64,000 bases of DNA, taken from NCBI GenBank assembly GCA_020184695.1, contig JAANOX010000037.1, forward strand, positions 336,267-400,266, in the 5' to 3' direction. The notes below the pieces were generated by a model. The model saw only the letters and a program-made list of their open reading frames with translations, made no database searches and was not told where the DNA came from. Origin of the DNA: Histomonas meleagridis 2922-C6/04-290x. Lineage: Eukaryota > Protista > Parabasalia. This document shows, in pieces, positions 19,391-29,420 of this stretch (the first letter of the stretch is position 1; every line of letters starts with the position of its first letter). A program made the translations under genes and the position numbers.

Positions 19391-22300
19391 CTACAAAAGC
19401 CATTTGTCATCATCCTCAAGGATCAGTGCTATGTGCGTCAAGTCTATATCATCGGATCTTGTGTCATATTCCGTCGACACATGTTTCGTTATACTTTTCA
19501 TCGCTTGTTTTCTTTTATATTTTTCTTCGTCATCTTGTTTCTGATGCCTCACGAGGAAAATTATGATTCCCGATAACAATAAGACAAATCCAATAGATCC
19601 GCAAATTAAGCCAATTAATATATTTTGATTGTTTTCTTTTTGTTGAACTGCAGATTTGAGCAAAATTGTGAAGAAGTTGGAATAGTAACTGTAGTGCGAT
19701 GTGTAATATAAAACAGAGTACGTGTAATATATGAAGTTGGTGGAAACATATGTATTCGTGGTGCTGACTGATGACTTAACAAATGTGACGGAAGAAAACG
19801 AGTCGACAAGAGTAATGGTGCGCGTAATCGAGACTGAATATATAATAACATATGAAAATGTTATTGTGGCATCAAATGGATATGAAGATGTAAATGAGTT
19901 CGACTGCGTGATTGCATTTGAACTCGTAAATGTATTACTTTTCGTAAATGAATTTGTTTTTGAAAATGTATTCGATTGCGAAAATGGATTCGACTTAGTG
20001 AAAGTATTCGATTCAGTAAATGTATTACTTTGTGTAAATGCGTTCGAAGGTGTGAACGTGTTGCTTTGCGAGAACGTGAGCGTTGGAGGGAGGCATTCAT
20101 CGATGACTGTTCCCTTTGAGACATTCAACGACCCAAATGTTGGGTTTTTGTACGAGTTATTCGTCATAACGCTTGTTGCAGGAACGCCAGAAAACGTTTT
20201 TTCTGTTATTGTTGGCTCATTTTCACCGAAGAAATAAATACACTTCAGATTTTCACATGAGGAGAATGCAGACTCGCCAATTTCAATTACATTTTCTCTG
20301 ATGATAACAGTTTCCAAATTCGCGCATGATAAAAATGCGTTTTTTCCAATTGTTGTAACTGTTACAGGAATTTCAAATCTATCATTTGTTCTTCCAATCG
20401 GATAACAAACAATTTCATTAATTTCTTTATCATAAAGAATTCCATCATTTTCATAATTTGCGTAATTTGAGTTATCTTTTGATACATTAATAATTTGAAG
20501 TTTACTGCATAAATTAAAAGCATTTGTATTAATATCATTTATTTTACTTGTAATTGTGATATTTACTAATGAAGTACACGAATGAAATGCATAGCTCAAT
20601 ATTTTGGTTACGCTTTCGCCAAAAACAATTGTTTTTAACAGAGAACATTCAGCTAAAAAATCATTTGGAATTACTTTTACATTTTCTCCGATAACAACTG
20701 TTTCTAAATTTTTACATCGATTAAATGCACTATTTCCAATTGTTTCAACCTTATTTGGAATTGTGAAATTTTTTAAGGAAGAACATGAACAAAAAGAAAA
20801 ATTTCCAATTTCTTTAACATTTTCTCCAATAATAACTGTTTCCAAATTATACAAATTATAAAAAGCATAATCACAAATTTCTTTAACATTTTCTCCGATA
20901 ATAACTTTTTTTAAATTATTACATGATGAAAATGCATAATTTCCAATTATTGTAACTGTTTCAGGAATTTCAAATATTTCATTTGTTTTCCCAACAGGAT
21001 AAATAATTAATTTGCTTATGTTTTTATTATAAAGAACTCCATCATATTCATAACTTGCAAAATTTAAATTCTCTATTGATACATTAAAAGCTTGAAAGTT
21101 AATACATACACCAAAAGCATCGACTTCAATTGTTTCAACATTACTTGGAATTGTGATACTTGTTAATGATTTACAAGAAGAAAATGCTTGACTTTCTATT
21201 ATTTTTAAATTATCTCCGAGAATAATTGTTTCTAAATTTTCACAAAAATAAAATGCTTCAACTCCAATTGTTGTTACACTTTCTCCAATAATAATTTTCA
21301 AATTATTACATGAATAAAATGCATTACGATCAATGTCTCTAACAGTATTCGGAATTTCGAATACTTCATTCGTTCTTCCAATAGGATAACATATAATTTG
21401 AATGAGTGAATGAGTATAAAGAATTCCATCATTTTCATAATTTGCATAATATGGATTTTGCTTTGAGACATTAATAACTTGAAGCTGAACGCATAAAAGA
21501 AAAGTATTCGCATATAACGTCTTCACACGACTTGGAATCGTGATATTTACTAATGACTTACATGAAGCAAATGCTTGAACTTGAATTGTTGTGACATTTT
21601 CTCCAATGATAATTGAATTGAGATTATTACAAGAAGAAAATGCATACGACATAATGTAATTGACTGCTTCGCCAATTTTAACTGTTTCTAAATTCCAGCC
21701 TATAAATGCTTTTTCAGTTATTTTAATAATACTGTCAATAACAACGTGTAATGCACTGCTTTGATATTGTTCTCTTGTATCAAAATCAGAATTATTGTTG
21801 ATATAAAAGATTTTATTGATTGGGTCAAATGATTCAAATGAATGAGCGATAAATATAATAAAAAAACATAGAATTGAAATTGATTTAATGTTTGAAATTT
21901 TACTTCGAAATATTTCTTTGTTAAAAAAGCAAAAAACAAAAAACAAAATTGAACTGGCTATAAGGCCTATGTGAATGTTCGGTAGTGAGTTGTTGATAAA
22001 ATTTGATGGGATAGAAAAAATTATTGATTTTTCTGTTGAAAGATATTTTTGCTTGGAACTGGACAAAGTGTTAATTAAACAAGAAAACATTGGTCTTAAG
22101 CCATCATTTATATTATTGGAATACTGATGATCAAAAGAATTATGGATGGACTTTTTGATACCGATGAAATTACATCCAGTGGAACACATAGCATCAACGC
22201 CTAAGCTTATGCGTTTATTTTTGTCATTAGTATGAACGTTATATTTCATTTTATTGCAATTTAAAAATGTCTGTATTTTGTGTTTGCATGCGTTTTTTCT

Positions 22301-22462
22301 GTACATCACATGTAAGATAAGGCACGTAATAAAAGTAAAAGATATTAAGTATGGGAATTTAATGATTTGTGCCCAATTTCGCATTTTGCAAAATTTTGTG
22401 TTGATGGAGCAAATATAATTCAGAGCTTTACAAATCCGGCCACAGTCTGACACGACATTCAA
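19391..22462 (-). CDS. BspA-like TpLRR surface protein (true start uncertain)
   Basis: Many TpLRR units (IGENVTTI..AF..C..L..ITIP), three DG.LY..YP.G.T..FEIP modules, an S/T-rich stalk and a C-terminal TM (ILIGLICGSIGFVLLLSGIIIFLV). Confidence 0.9.
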   Translation of the reverse strand: MNVVSDCGRICKALNYICSINTKFCKMRNWAQIIKFPYLISFTFITCLILHVMYRKNACKHKIQTFLNCNKMKYNVHTNDKNKRISLGVDAMCSTGCNFIGIKKSIHNSFDHQYSNNINDGLRPMFSCLINTLSSSKQKYLSTEKSIIFSIPSNFINNSLPNIHIGLIASSILFFVFCFFNKEIFRSKISNIKSISILCFFIIFIAHSFESFDPINKIFYINNNSDFDTREQYQSSALHVVIDSIIKITEKAFIGWNLETVKIGEAVNYIMSYAFSSCNNLNSIIIGENVTTIQVQAFASCKSLVNITIPSRVKTLYANTFLLCVQLQVINVSKQNPYYANYENDGILYTHSLIQIICYPIGRTNEVFEIPNTVRDIDRNAFYSCNNLKIIIGESVTTIGVEAFYFCENLETIILGDNLKIIESQAFSSCKSLTSITIPSNVETIEVDAFGVCINFQAFNVSIENLNFASYEYDGVLYNKNISKLIIYPVGKTNEIFEIPETVTIIGNYAFSSCNNLKKVIIGENVKEICDYAFYNLYNLETVIIGENVKEIGNFSFCSCSSLKNFTIPNKVETIGNSAFNRCKNLETVVIGENVKVIPNDFLAECSLLKTIVFGESVTKILSYAFHSCTSLVNITITSKINDINTNAFNLCSKLQIINVSKDNSNYANYENDGILYDKEINEIVCYPIGRTNDRFEIPVTVTTIGKNAFLSCANLETVIIRENVIEIGESAFSSCENLKCIYFFGENEPTITEKTFSGVPATSVMTNNSYKNPTFGSLNVSKGTVIDECLPPTLTFSQSNTFTPSNAFTQSNTFTESNTFTKSNPFSQSNTFSKTNSFTKSNTFTSSNAITQSNSFTSSYPFDATITFSYVIIYSVSITRTITLVDSFSSVTFVKSSVSTTNTYVSTNFIYYTYSVLYYTSHYSYYSNFFTILLKSAVQQKENNQNILIGLICGSIGFVLLLSGIIIFLVRHQKQDDEEKYKRKQAMKSITKHVSTEYDTRSDDIDLTHIALILEDDDKWLL
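19880..20077 (-). repeat. Coding 18-bp tandem repeat (about 11 x hexapeptide [T/A/S/P]F[T/S]xSN) forming the BspA stalk
   Basis: TFSQSN TFTPSN AFTQSN TFTESN TFTKSN PFSQSN TFSKTN SFTKSN TFTSSN AITQSN SFTSSY. Confidence 0.85.
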
Positions 22463-22559
22463 AAAGTTAAACTGGTGGTTGGCCAGTAAAGTTTAGAACA
22501 TTTAATATGGGAATTTTGACTATGATAACCTTAAATGTTCCAAATTAATTTGAAAAGGA

Positions 22560-22860
22560 GAATTCATCTAAATATGTAAAAATAATAATGAAGAACCTTC
22601 AAAGTAATGGAACATCATAAGAAATATATAAAAGAAGGACATAACCCAAATGCATTTGCAAAAATAATTCGAAATAATGAAATCGAAAAACTACAAAAAT
22701 TGTCATCCCAAGTGATTATGATTTTAATGAAACAATTGAGCCATCACTTTATACAAAATGTTTCATTACTTGGATATGCTACATTTTTGTTTTTATCATA
22801 TGCTTTGAGTTATAAAAATAGAAAGATATTATATGCAATTAGAAAATTTATGCTTCGATT
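22560..22860 (+). pseudogene. Remnant of a trichomonad DUF3447/ankyrin-type gene
   Basis: HKKYIKEGHNPNAFAKIIRNNEIEKLQKLSSQ followed by a frameshift; homologous at DNA level to 54370-54600. Confidence 0.6.
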
Positions 22861-23159
22861 TTACTTGTTGTTTTAATGAGGATGAATTGACGATTTCGGT
22901 GAAATCAAAAATATTTTTGGGCATATTGAATTGAAGAATATTAAACAGAAAATGCCATTGTTTCAAAACAAATTTTCGATGTTTTGGAAATTATTTTGCA
23001 TAAACATCAAAAATTTTTGATCTTAAAATCTATTTTGGAAGCATTAGTTTTATAAAACAAAATATCTTTATCATAATAGTACTCATTGTGTTGAACAAGA
23101 ATTTCAAAGTATTATATTTAAAGTGCCAAGTATAAGCTAAGTTTAGCTTCAAACTTCAA

Positions 23160-23657
23160 ATGCAGAACCAGAAAAATGCTGTCGAGCTAAAAGAAATTTT
23201 CAGGAATATTAATGAGCTTATGAATACTTCTGAGAAAATGTTACAGAAAGGAGCACACAACTTACAAAATAATGCAAATGAGAAAGAAAATAAAACAAAA
23301 AATGAAACAAATGTTCGTATTGAAGATGTTCTACCAGTCAGTTCTTATGATCCACCACAAATGGATTTTGCTACCGAACAATTTATTGGTGTCAACGATA
23401 ATTTTAAAAATGTAGATATTGAAACGTATGCTAATGCAAGAATTCGTACATACGAAACCACAGGAAAGCTTATTAATTTTTTGATAAATGAATTACCATT
23501 TATTTCAGATACAGTTATGCGTAATCCTTTGTGTCAGGAAATATCATGTGACATAGAATTTTTGAGAGCTGATTTAGACACAAGATATCAATACTCATCT
23601 TTTCTCGATTCAACGTTGAGCGATCAAATTTCAAAAATAAGTGAAAATAATGAATAA
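23160..23657 (+). CDS. Hypothetical protein (165 aa)
   Basis: ATG-initiated ORF with coding-like composition; no domain recognised. Confidence 0.6.
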   Translation: MQNQKNAVELKEIFRNINELMNTSEKMLQKGAHNLQNNANEKENKTKNETNVRIEDVLPVSSYDPPQMDFATEQFIGVNDNFKNVDIETYANARIRTYETTGKLINFLINELPFISDTVMRNPLCQEISCDIEFLRADLDTRYQYSSFLDSTLSDQISKISENNE

Positions 23658-24109
23658 AAAATGTAATTTCTTTCAGCTTTGATGTGTTTTATAACAAAAT
23701 CGAACGAAGAAATAAATGCCAGGTTTTTATTTGCAAATGCCACGAAATTTCTATCGTCCTTTAAAAAAAACATAAAGTTATGAAATTCCGCTTTCAAAAT
23801 TGTTGGAAGCGGCAACGTTGCCATAAACAACAGTCCCAACATTTTCACGAGTTAAAAATTTAAAACATGATCTTTTCTTGTCTGATTAAACATGTGCTTT
23901 AGTTTCCTTACTTCTAAACTTCATTTTTTTTTTCTTTCATGGGAAGTTTTGTTTTATTCATTTTCCAATCGTTTTTATCTGCCACACAAAAAGTTATTTT
24001 GAATGATCAGAAATTTTAATGACCGCGAGACATTTGAAACAAAAGAAGACTTTCCATACAAAATCAGTCAATTTTGATATAAAACTGACAAAACGCAAAA
24101 GGAGCAAAG

Positions 24110-24481
24110 ATGATCCAAATTGACGAATGGGCTGCCGAAAGAGATTTCGATGAATGGGAACTTGACTACAAAGGATTCCAAACAGGTGAAGATGAAGATC
24201 AGATAACAACAATGAATTCTTTACCAACAACACAGAAATATATACAAGGTCCATATCCAGAAGTTGAAATAGGGTCTTCTTCTGATGATGAGGCTCCTCC
24301 AGTACCCCAATCTTCATTACTTGCCAGAGAAAACCTTGAATTGAAAGCAAGAGTAAACAGTTTAATGCAAAGAGATAAATCTTTAGAAATTGCGAACAGT
24401 AACCTCAAAACTCAACTCGTTAAATGCCGTTCAAACTTTGCGAAGCAAGTGAAAGCTGGGTTTAAGAAATTGTTTAAATGA
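24110..24481 (+). CDS. Hypothetical protein with a C-terminal coiled coil (123 aa)
   Basis: Acidic N-half followed by heptad-like LARENLELKARVNSL...LEIANSNLKTQL. Confidence 0.65.
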   Translation: MIQIDEWAAERDFDEWELDYKGFQTGEDEDQITTMNSLPTTQKYIQGPYPEVEIGSSSDDEAPPVPQSSLLARENLELKARVNSLMQRDKSLEIANSNLKTQLVKCRSNFAKQVKAGFKKLFK

Positions 24482-24546
24482 AAAGAAAATTAATTTCCAT
24501 AAAAATTGTTATAACTTTAACTCATATTTCAACTTATGTGGTTCTG

Positions 24547-27324
24547 ATGTTTAAGAAGTTTTGCATAAAATATTTTGATCTGGATGGAGAAAAAAACTTT
24601 TTTACATTTGAAGAAATGTGTAAAGTATTCAATATCAGGGTATCCCATCGTCAAATGTCGACTTTTCTTCTCGGCCTTCGTTTTTTTGATAATAAAATAG
24701 AAAAATCATTGAACGGGTTAGTTCCTAATGAACTTGTTCATTCTACGTCAGGAAAAGGTTTTCTCTTTATATCTGATTCTATACAAAATATTCATAGAAT
24801 TGACCATCATTTTGAAGTAAGAACTATATCCACAAATTTCGAATCAATAGAATATATTCAAGCCTCGCAAACTACACAACAAATTCTTGCAGCTGGGAAA
24901 ACAGGAAGTACTTATTCAATTATAATCGAAGATACCGAGAATTTTTCTGAACAAAATGACAGCTACATGTACCGTGTTGCAAATTCTTTTAATCTTTTAA
25001 CAAAATCTAAAGCAACTGAACCTGCTTCATTATTTTGTTCATCATCTTCACTCTCATATATTGCTTTTAAGACATCATTAAATGAAATTCTTATTTTCAA
25101 GGCACCCTTTTCAGAAAAAAATAAACCATTTCAACAATTCACAGTTTCAAATAATGTTGAAAAACTGCTTATTACAGAAAATGGAAATTTATTCCTTATT
25201 TCTCATGATTCTATTTCACTCCATTCAGTGTCTTCTAAGAATCAAACAATCATTGATAATCAAGGATGTAATCCAGATTTTGCCTTTTTAACTAAAAATG
25301 GTGGCATTGGATTTTTCCGTGATAAGAATGTATTTTTCTATAATATCCAATCCAATGGTCAAATTAAAAAAGATGTCACTGATTTATCAGCTGAAGGAAC
25401 AGACTCACCTGTTTCTATTGGTGCCTTAGGTTCATATTTTTACATTACATATCCATATAAAATCCAAGATTCAGTTCAACGTCTTAAAGTTATAGATCCA
25501 AATTATAATGTTCGAGCATTCCAGCAAAATCTAACAAAGCCTCTCAAATTTGTTGAGATGCAATGGGGTGCCCTTATTATGGTTCAATCTGACAAACGTG
25601 TTCTCATGTTTTCAGAGGTTGACGATCAAGTCAAAGTTGATCGTTTCTGTCAGAAAAACCTATTCAAATTAGCTCTAACAATTGCCAATGAACTTCATCT
25701 TGGAGAAGAAGTCATTGCCAATATTCATAAACTTCAAGGCGATTTCTTTTATAGTGCAGCAAAATTTGAAGATGCCATTGATGAATATATTCAAACCATT
25801 GGCTTTGTTGAATCATCACATGTTATCCAAAAATTTGTTGAACCACATCATGCACAAAATCTTATGAAATATCTTGATGCATTACAAAAGCGGAAGCTTG
25901 CCTCCAAACAACACACTACTTTATTATTTAATTGTTATACGAAAATCCGTGCGACTGGTCTATTAGAAGAAGCTGTTGCCAAATTTGTTAAAGCAGCTCA
26001 ACGTGGGGAAGAACCCAATTTCGATGTTGAGACAGCTGTCGATGTTATGAAGCGGAATAACTATCAAAAACAAGCGGAAGAACTTGCGAAAGCATATGGC
26101 CATCACAAACTATATATGCAATTGTTATATGAAAACCAAGATTACAAACATATCTTAGAGTACATGGAAACATTACCAGGCGAATTAGTATTATCGACGT
26201 TAACAGAATATGGCAGTGAAATCATGGACAATTATGAAGAAGGACGTGAAGAACTTACGAAGTTTGCGGTCAAATGTTGCACAGTTGGCATTGAGAATCA
26301 TAAAAAGCGTAAAAGCACACACACAATCATTGATCCAAATAACTTATCAATGATATTTGTTAACAACAATGAAATGTATTTCGATTTCTTATATCAAATC
26401 TTTCAGTCGAATCCTGACAACTTATCAGATATGATTTGGAACATTTTGATTGAGATGTCATTGCGTTCAAACTCAAGTAAAACTATGGAATTGTTACAAT
26501 ATCCGAACGCAAAATATTCAAGTGAACAAGTGTTGGTATATTTGACAGGTTTCAATCATTCGGAAGGTAAAATATATATCTATGAGAAGTTGGGTCTATA
26601 CGCATTGATATTACAAGAATCGCCACCAGAGAAATGTTTGGAGATCTGTTTAAAGTTTGGAGATAAAGATAAAACGCTTTGGAGTGATGCACTTGTAAAG
26701 TTATCAGTTTCAAATTTAAGTGACGAAAAAATTTTATCCCAATTTTTGGATGAAGTACAAAAACATGACGCTTTACCATTCTTAACAATCCTTAAAGTAT
26801 TAAAAGGAACTAAAAAATCATTCTCTACAATATTACCAGTGGTGCAGTCAGTGTTTAAGAAAGAACAACAATTGTTACATCAAGCTCAAAATAAAATCGA
26901 TGATTATAATAAAAAGGCTGAAGAAAATAAAACGGTAATACAAAATTTGTCTACCCAAAATTTCGCTATAAACCAAACAAAATGCGCTAAATGTGGACAA
27001 GATATCGACTTCGAATCAAATCATTTTATGTGCGGCCATTCATTTCACATCACATGTCTCGGTGACTCTGACACTTTTTGCCCAATTTGTAGAAATAAAT
27101 TCGAAAAAATCGTGGTAGAAAAAGTTAATAAAATGGAAGCAGCTAGAAAACAAGAAAACGTGCAAAGTAAATTAAGTCAGGAAATTGACGGATTCGAGTT
27201 CTTGTTGAAACAAGTGGAAAATTCATTGTTCGCTTCCGGAATTAATTTGATGGCTCTCAACCAGGATGACGAGGAACTGAACGAGGCAAAGGAATTGTTG
27301 CAAAGAATGTCGACAAATACATGA
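24547..27324 (+). CDS. VPS11: Vacuolar protein sorting 11 (HOPS/CORVET core)
   Basis: GDFFY..AKFEDAIDEYIQTIG.VESSHVIQKF, HTTLLFNCYTK, a clathrin-repeat region and a C-terminal RING (CAKC...HFMCGHSFH..C...CPIC); likely start MFKKFC after an Inr TCATA. Confidence 0.93.
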   Translation: MFKKFCIKYFDLDGEKNFFTFEEMCKVFNIRVSHRQMSTFLLGLRFFDNKIEKSLNGLVPNELVHSTSGKGFLFISDSIQNIHRIDHHFEVRTISTNFESIEYIQASQTTQQILAAGKTGSTYSIIIEDTENFSEQNDSYMYRVANSFNLLTKSKATEPASLFCSSSSLSYIAFKTSLNEILIFKAPFSEKNKPFQQFTVSNNVEKLLITENGNLFLISHDSISLHSVSSKNQTIIDNQGCNPDFAFLTKNGGIGFFRDKNVFFYNIQSNGQIKKDVTDLSAEGTDSPVSIGALGSYFYITYPYKIQDSVQRLKVIDPNYNVRAFQQNLTKPLKFVEMQWGALIMVQSDKRVLMFSEVDDQVKVDRFCQKNLFKLALTIANELHLGEEVIANIHKLQGDFFYSAAKFEDAIDEYIQTIGFVESSHVIQKFVEPHHAQNLMKYLDALQKRKLASKQHTTLLFNCYTKIRATGLLEEAVAKFVKAAQRGEEPNFDVETAVDVMKRNNYQKQAEELAKAYGHHKLYMQLLYENQDYKHILEYMETLPGELVLSTLTEYGSEIMDNYEEGREELTKFAVKCCTVGIENHKKRKSTHTIIDPNNLSMIFVNNNEMYFDFLYQIFQSNPDNLSDMIWNILIEMSLRSNSSKTMELLQYPNAKYSSEQVLVYLTGFNHSEGKIYIYEKLGLYALILQESPPEKCLEICLKFGDKDKTLWSDALVKLSVSNLSDEKILSQFLDEVQKHDALPFLTILKVLKGTKKSFSTILPVVQSVFKKEQQLLHQAQNKIDDYNKKAEENKTVIQNLSTQNFAINQTKCAKCGQDIDFESNHFMCGHSFHITCLGDSDTFCPICRNKFEKIVVEKVNKMEAARKQENVQSKLSQEIDGFEFLLKQVENSLFASGINLMALNQDDEELNEAKELLQRMSTNT

Positions 27325-27329
27325 CTAAA

Positions 27330-27990
27330 CTGATTTAATAACAGAAATTTGTGTTTGATGGTAAAAAGTGCGTTTTTCATAAGTTTACATATAAATTCAA
27401 TAGCCAATGAAAAAATGGTTTTGTAAAGTAACGATAGAATTAAGTGAGAGGTCAATTTGGCAACTTTACTTAGTCTAAGTTTATTTGTTCCATATGATAT
27501 TAACAGGAAGACCAATTTCCTGTAAAATTTTGCAATGCTAACAAGTCTATACATTTTTCCTCGAATTCACGTTTTGTAGGGTATTATTTACTTGATACTC
27601 TGTCTTCAAGCCATTTTCTTACAATCCTTTATGTTAACATAATTGTTGGTCTGTCTACAGACGAATTGTTTTTTACTTCGGAAGTATATTGTCTTACTCT
27701 TGTAACGAGTCTTGGTGAGCATCGTGCTAATTGTGAAACGTTTACTTGTAAAAATGATTGATTTGAATTTAAGACTTTTTTGACGAAATCGGTAATTGTT
27801 AAATTATCTTCAATTCTATATTTGAAAGGAAATTTGTTATTGCAGTTTGAAGTTCACACCCTAAAAACTCTGTGTAGTATTATTTTAGAACAAACAGTAT
27901 TTAATTCTAAAACCCGTTAATCTGTGGTGATCACGAAGCTCGAAACGAGTTGAAATTTCTTATATTGCATTCATGGACATATAGATGAAT
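27330..27990 (-). pseudogene. Decayed ORF, possibly a pogo/Tc5-type HTH transposase remnant
   Basis: One minus frame reads NNKFPFKYRIEDNLTITDFVKKVL...MLT*RIVRKWLEDRVSSK*YPTKREFEEKCIDLL with in-frame stops; family assignment is tentative and no TIRs were found. Confidence 0.3.
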
Positions 27991-28088
27991 GTAAGGAATT
28001 TTGCATATTATATATCAAAAAAGACGTTAAAATAGCACTTTTTTATATCATTTTTCAAAAATTTACACAACGCAACTCTAAGTAATTT

Positions 28089-28448
28089 TTAGTTCTTTTT
28101 GGCTTCTTTAGCTTTTCTTTCATTGTTTTCTCTATCCTCATCAATTATATTATCATTTTCATCATAGATAGAAATGTGTTCAATGTGTGGTTCGATTTCA
28201 TCCCAATGTTCTATAAACCATTTAATCAAGACTCTTTTATCTCGTGATGCTTCTCTGTCAAGTTTTAGAGAAGTCTTAGAGCAAATAATCTGAGCAACGA
28301 GTTTTAGTTCTTTTTGTGTAATACCAGAGCTAAATTTTTTCTTTATAGTTTTATATACTTCTGTTTCATAAACATCAGAAATACTGTCTTGGTTCAAGCG
28401 GCGGCGTGTCCTTTGTGCTTCAATGCCTTCACCACGTTTTTTTTCCAT
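28089..28448 (-). CDS. Trichomonad-type small hypothetical protein (likely start MEKKRGEG)
   Basis: KELKLVAQIIC..TSLKLDREASRDKRVLIKWF.EHW..I.P resembles a small-protein family I recall from trichomonad proteomes. Confidence 0.7.
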   Translation of the reverse strand: MEKKRGEGIEAQRTRRRLNQDSISDVYETEVYKTIKKKFSSGITQKELKLVAQIICSKTSLKLDREASRDKRVLIKWFIEHWDEIEPHIEHISIYDENDNIIDEDRENNERKAKEAKKN

Positions 28449-28739
28449 TTGGCGCAAAGCCAGAAACAATGCCACATTTTGTGTCGAAAAGTGCATTTTT
28501 TTACGTGTAAAGTACTCAAAAATTCGCGGTTTTGACATTTACAAGTTACAATTTGTTCGCAAACTCAAGAAAAGCAAAATATTTTCTTGCTAAGTAGATA
28601 ATAAAACCAGGCATAAGTTTGTTTTGAACTGTATGGAAAAGAATTATAAAAATAACCTAAAAAAAAATTATAACTATACATGAATTTGAAAAAAAATAAT
28701 AATGAGTAAAAAGAATGATTTCATATTGGTGACTTTCAT

Positions 28740-29057
28740 TTAATCAAAGAGGTCATCAAATCCACCCATCATTTCAACAACTTCTTCTTCTTCCTTCTTC
28801 TTCTCTTCTTCCTTATTTTCTTCAGTAGAAGCTGTGGCAGCGCCTCCAGATGGAGCAGCACCTCCAAGAGCTGTGCCCTTTACAAGTTCAGAGATATCAT
28901 GGTTCTTGAAGTATTCAGCAAAAAGATCAACCCAGTATGATTCAAGTTTGACACCAGCTGCTGAGATGAGCTTGTTGATCTTATCGGATGTGATTTCGAT
29001 TCCATCGTCGTTGAGGATGAGAGCTGCATATACAACTGCGAGTTCTGGTGATGCCAT
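28740..29057 (-). CDS. RPLP1: 60S acidic ribosomal protein P1
   Basis: ELAVVYAALILNDDGIEITSDKI..LI.AAGV.LESYW..LFA, an Ala/Gly hinge and an acidic C-terminus ending MGGFDDLFD; CCTTT at 29066-29070. Confidence 0.96.
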   Translation of the reverse strand: MASPELAVVYAALILNDDGIEITSDKINKLISAAGVKLESYWVDLFAEYFKNHDISELVKGTALGGAAPSGGAATASTEENKEEEKKKEEEEVVEMMGGFDDLFD

Positions 29058-29420
29058 GTTTGAAAAAAGGCATGACCAAAACCGTCATAAATGGAGGTTA
29101 TAAACGGTTGCTGAAAATCGAAAGTTTTTTTCTGCTGAAAATGAACTTGAAATGCAATAAATAAAATATAAAAAGCAACATAATTGCAAGTAATCTATTC
29201 TCTTATCAAAGGTGATAGTTTTTTTCTTTTAAATATGATTAATTATTCAAAATGTTTTCAATATAACTTTAATAAACACATTACTATATTGATACATTAA
29301 AAAATATGCCTTGAGGCAACCTTAGTTTAACAACAAAAATAGTAAAAATTAATTGTGTCTTGCAAAGACCATTATGGAAATTTTGAAAATGATTAGGTGA
29401 AATTCAATGCTTTACATAAA

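Noticed and set aside
24478-24546. Apparent ATGA-type overlap between the 123-aa gene and VPS11, suggesting operon-like coupling
   Set aside because: The downstream ATG at 24547 has an Inr and matches the expected VPS11 start, so the overlap is an ORF-caller extension.
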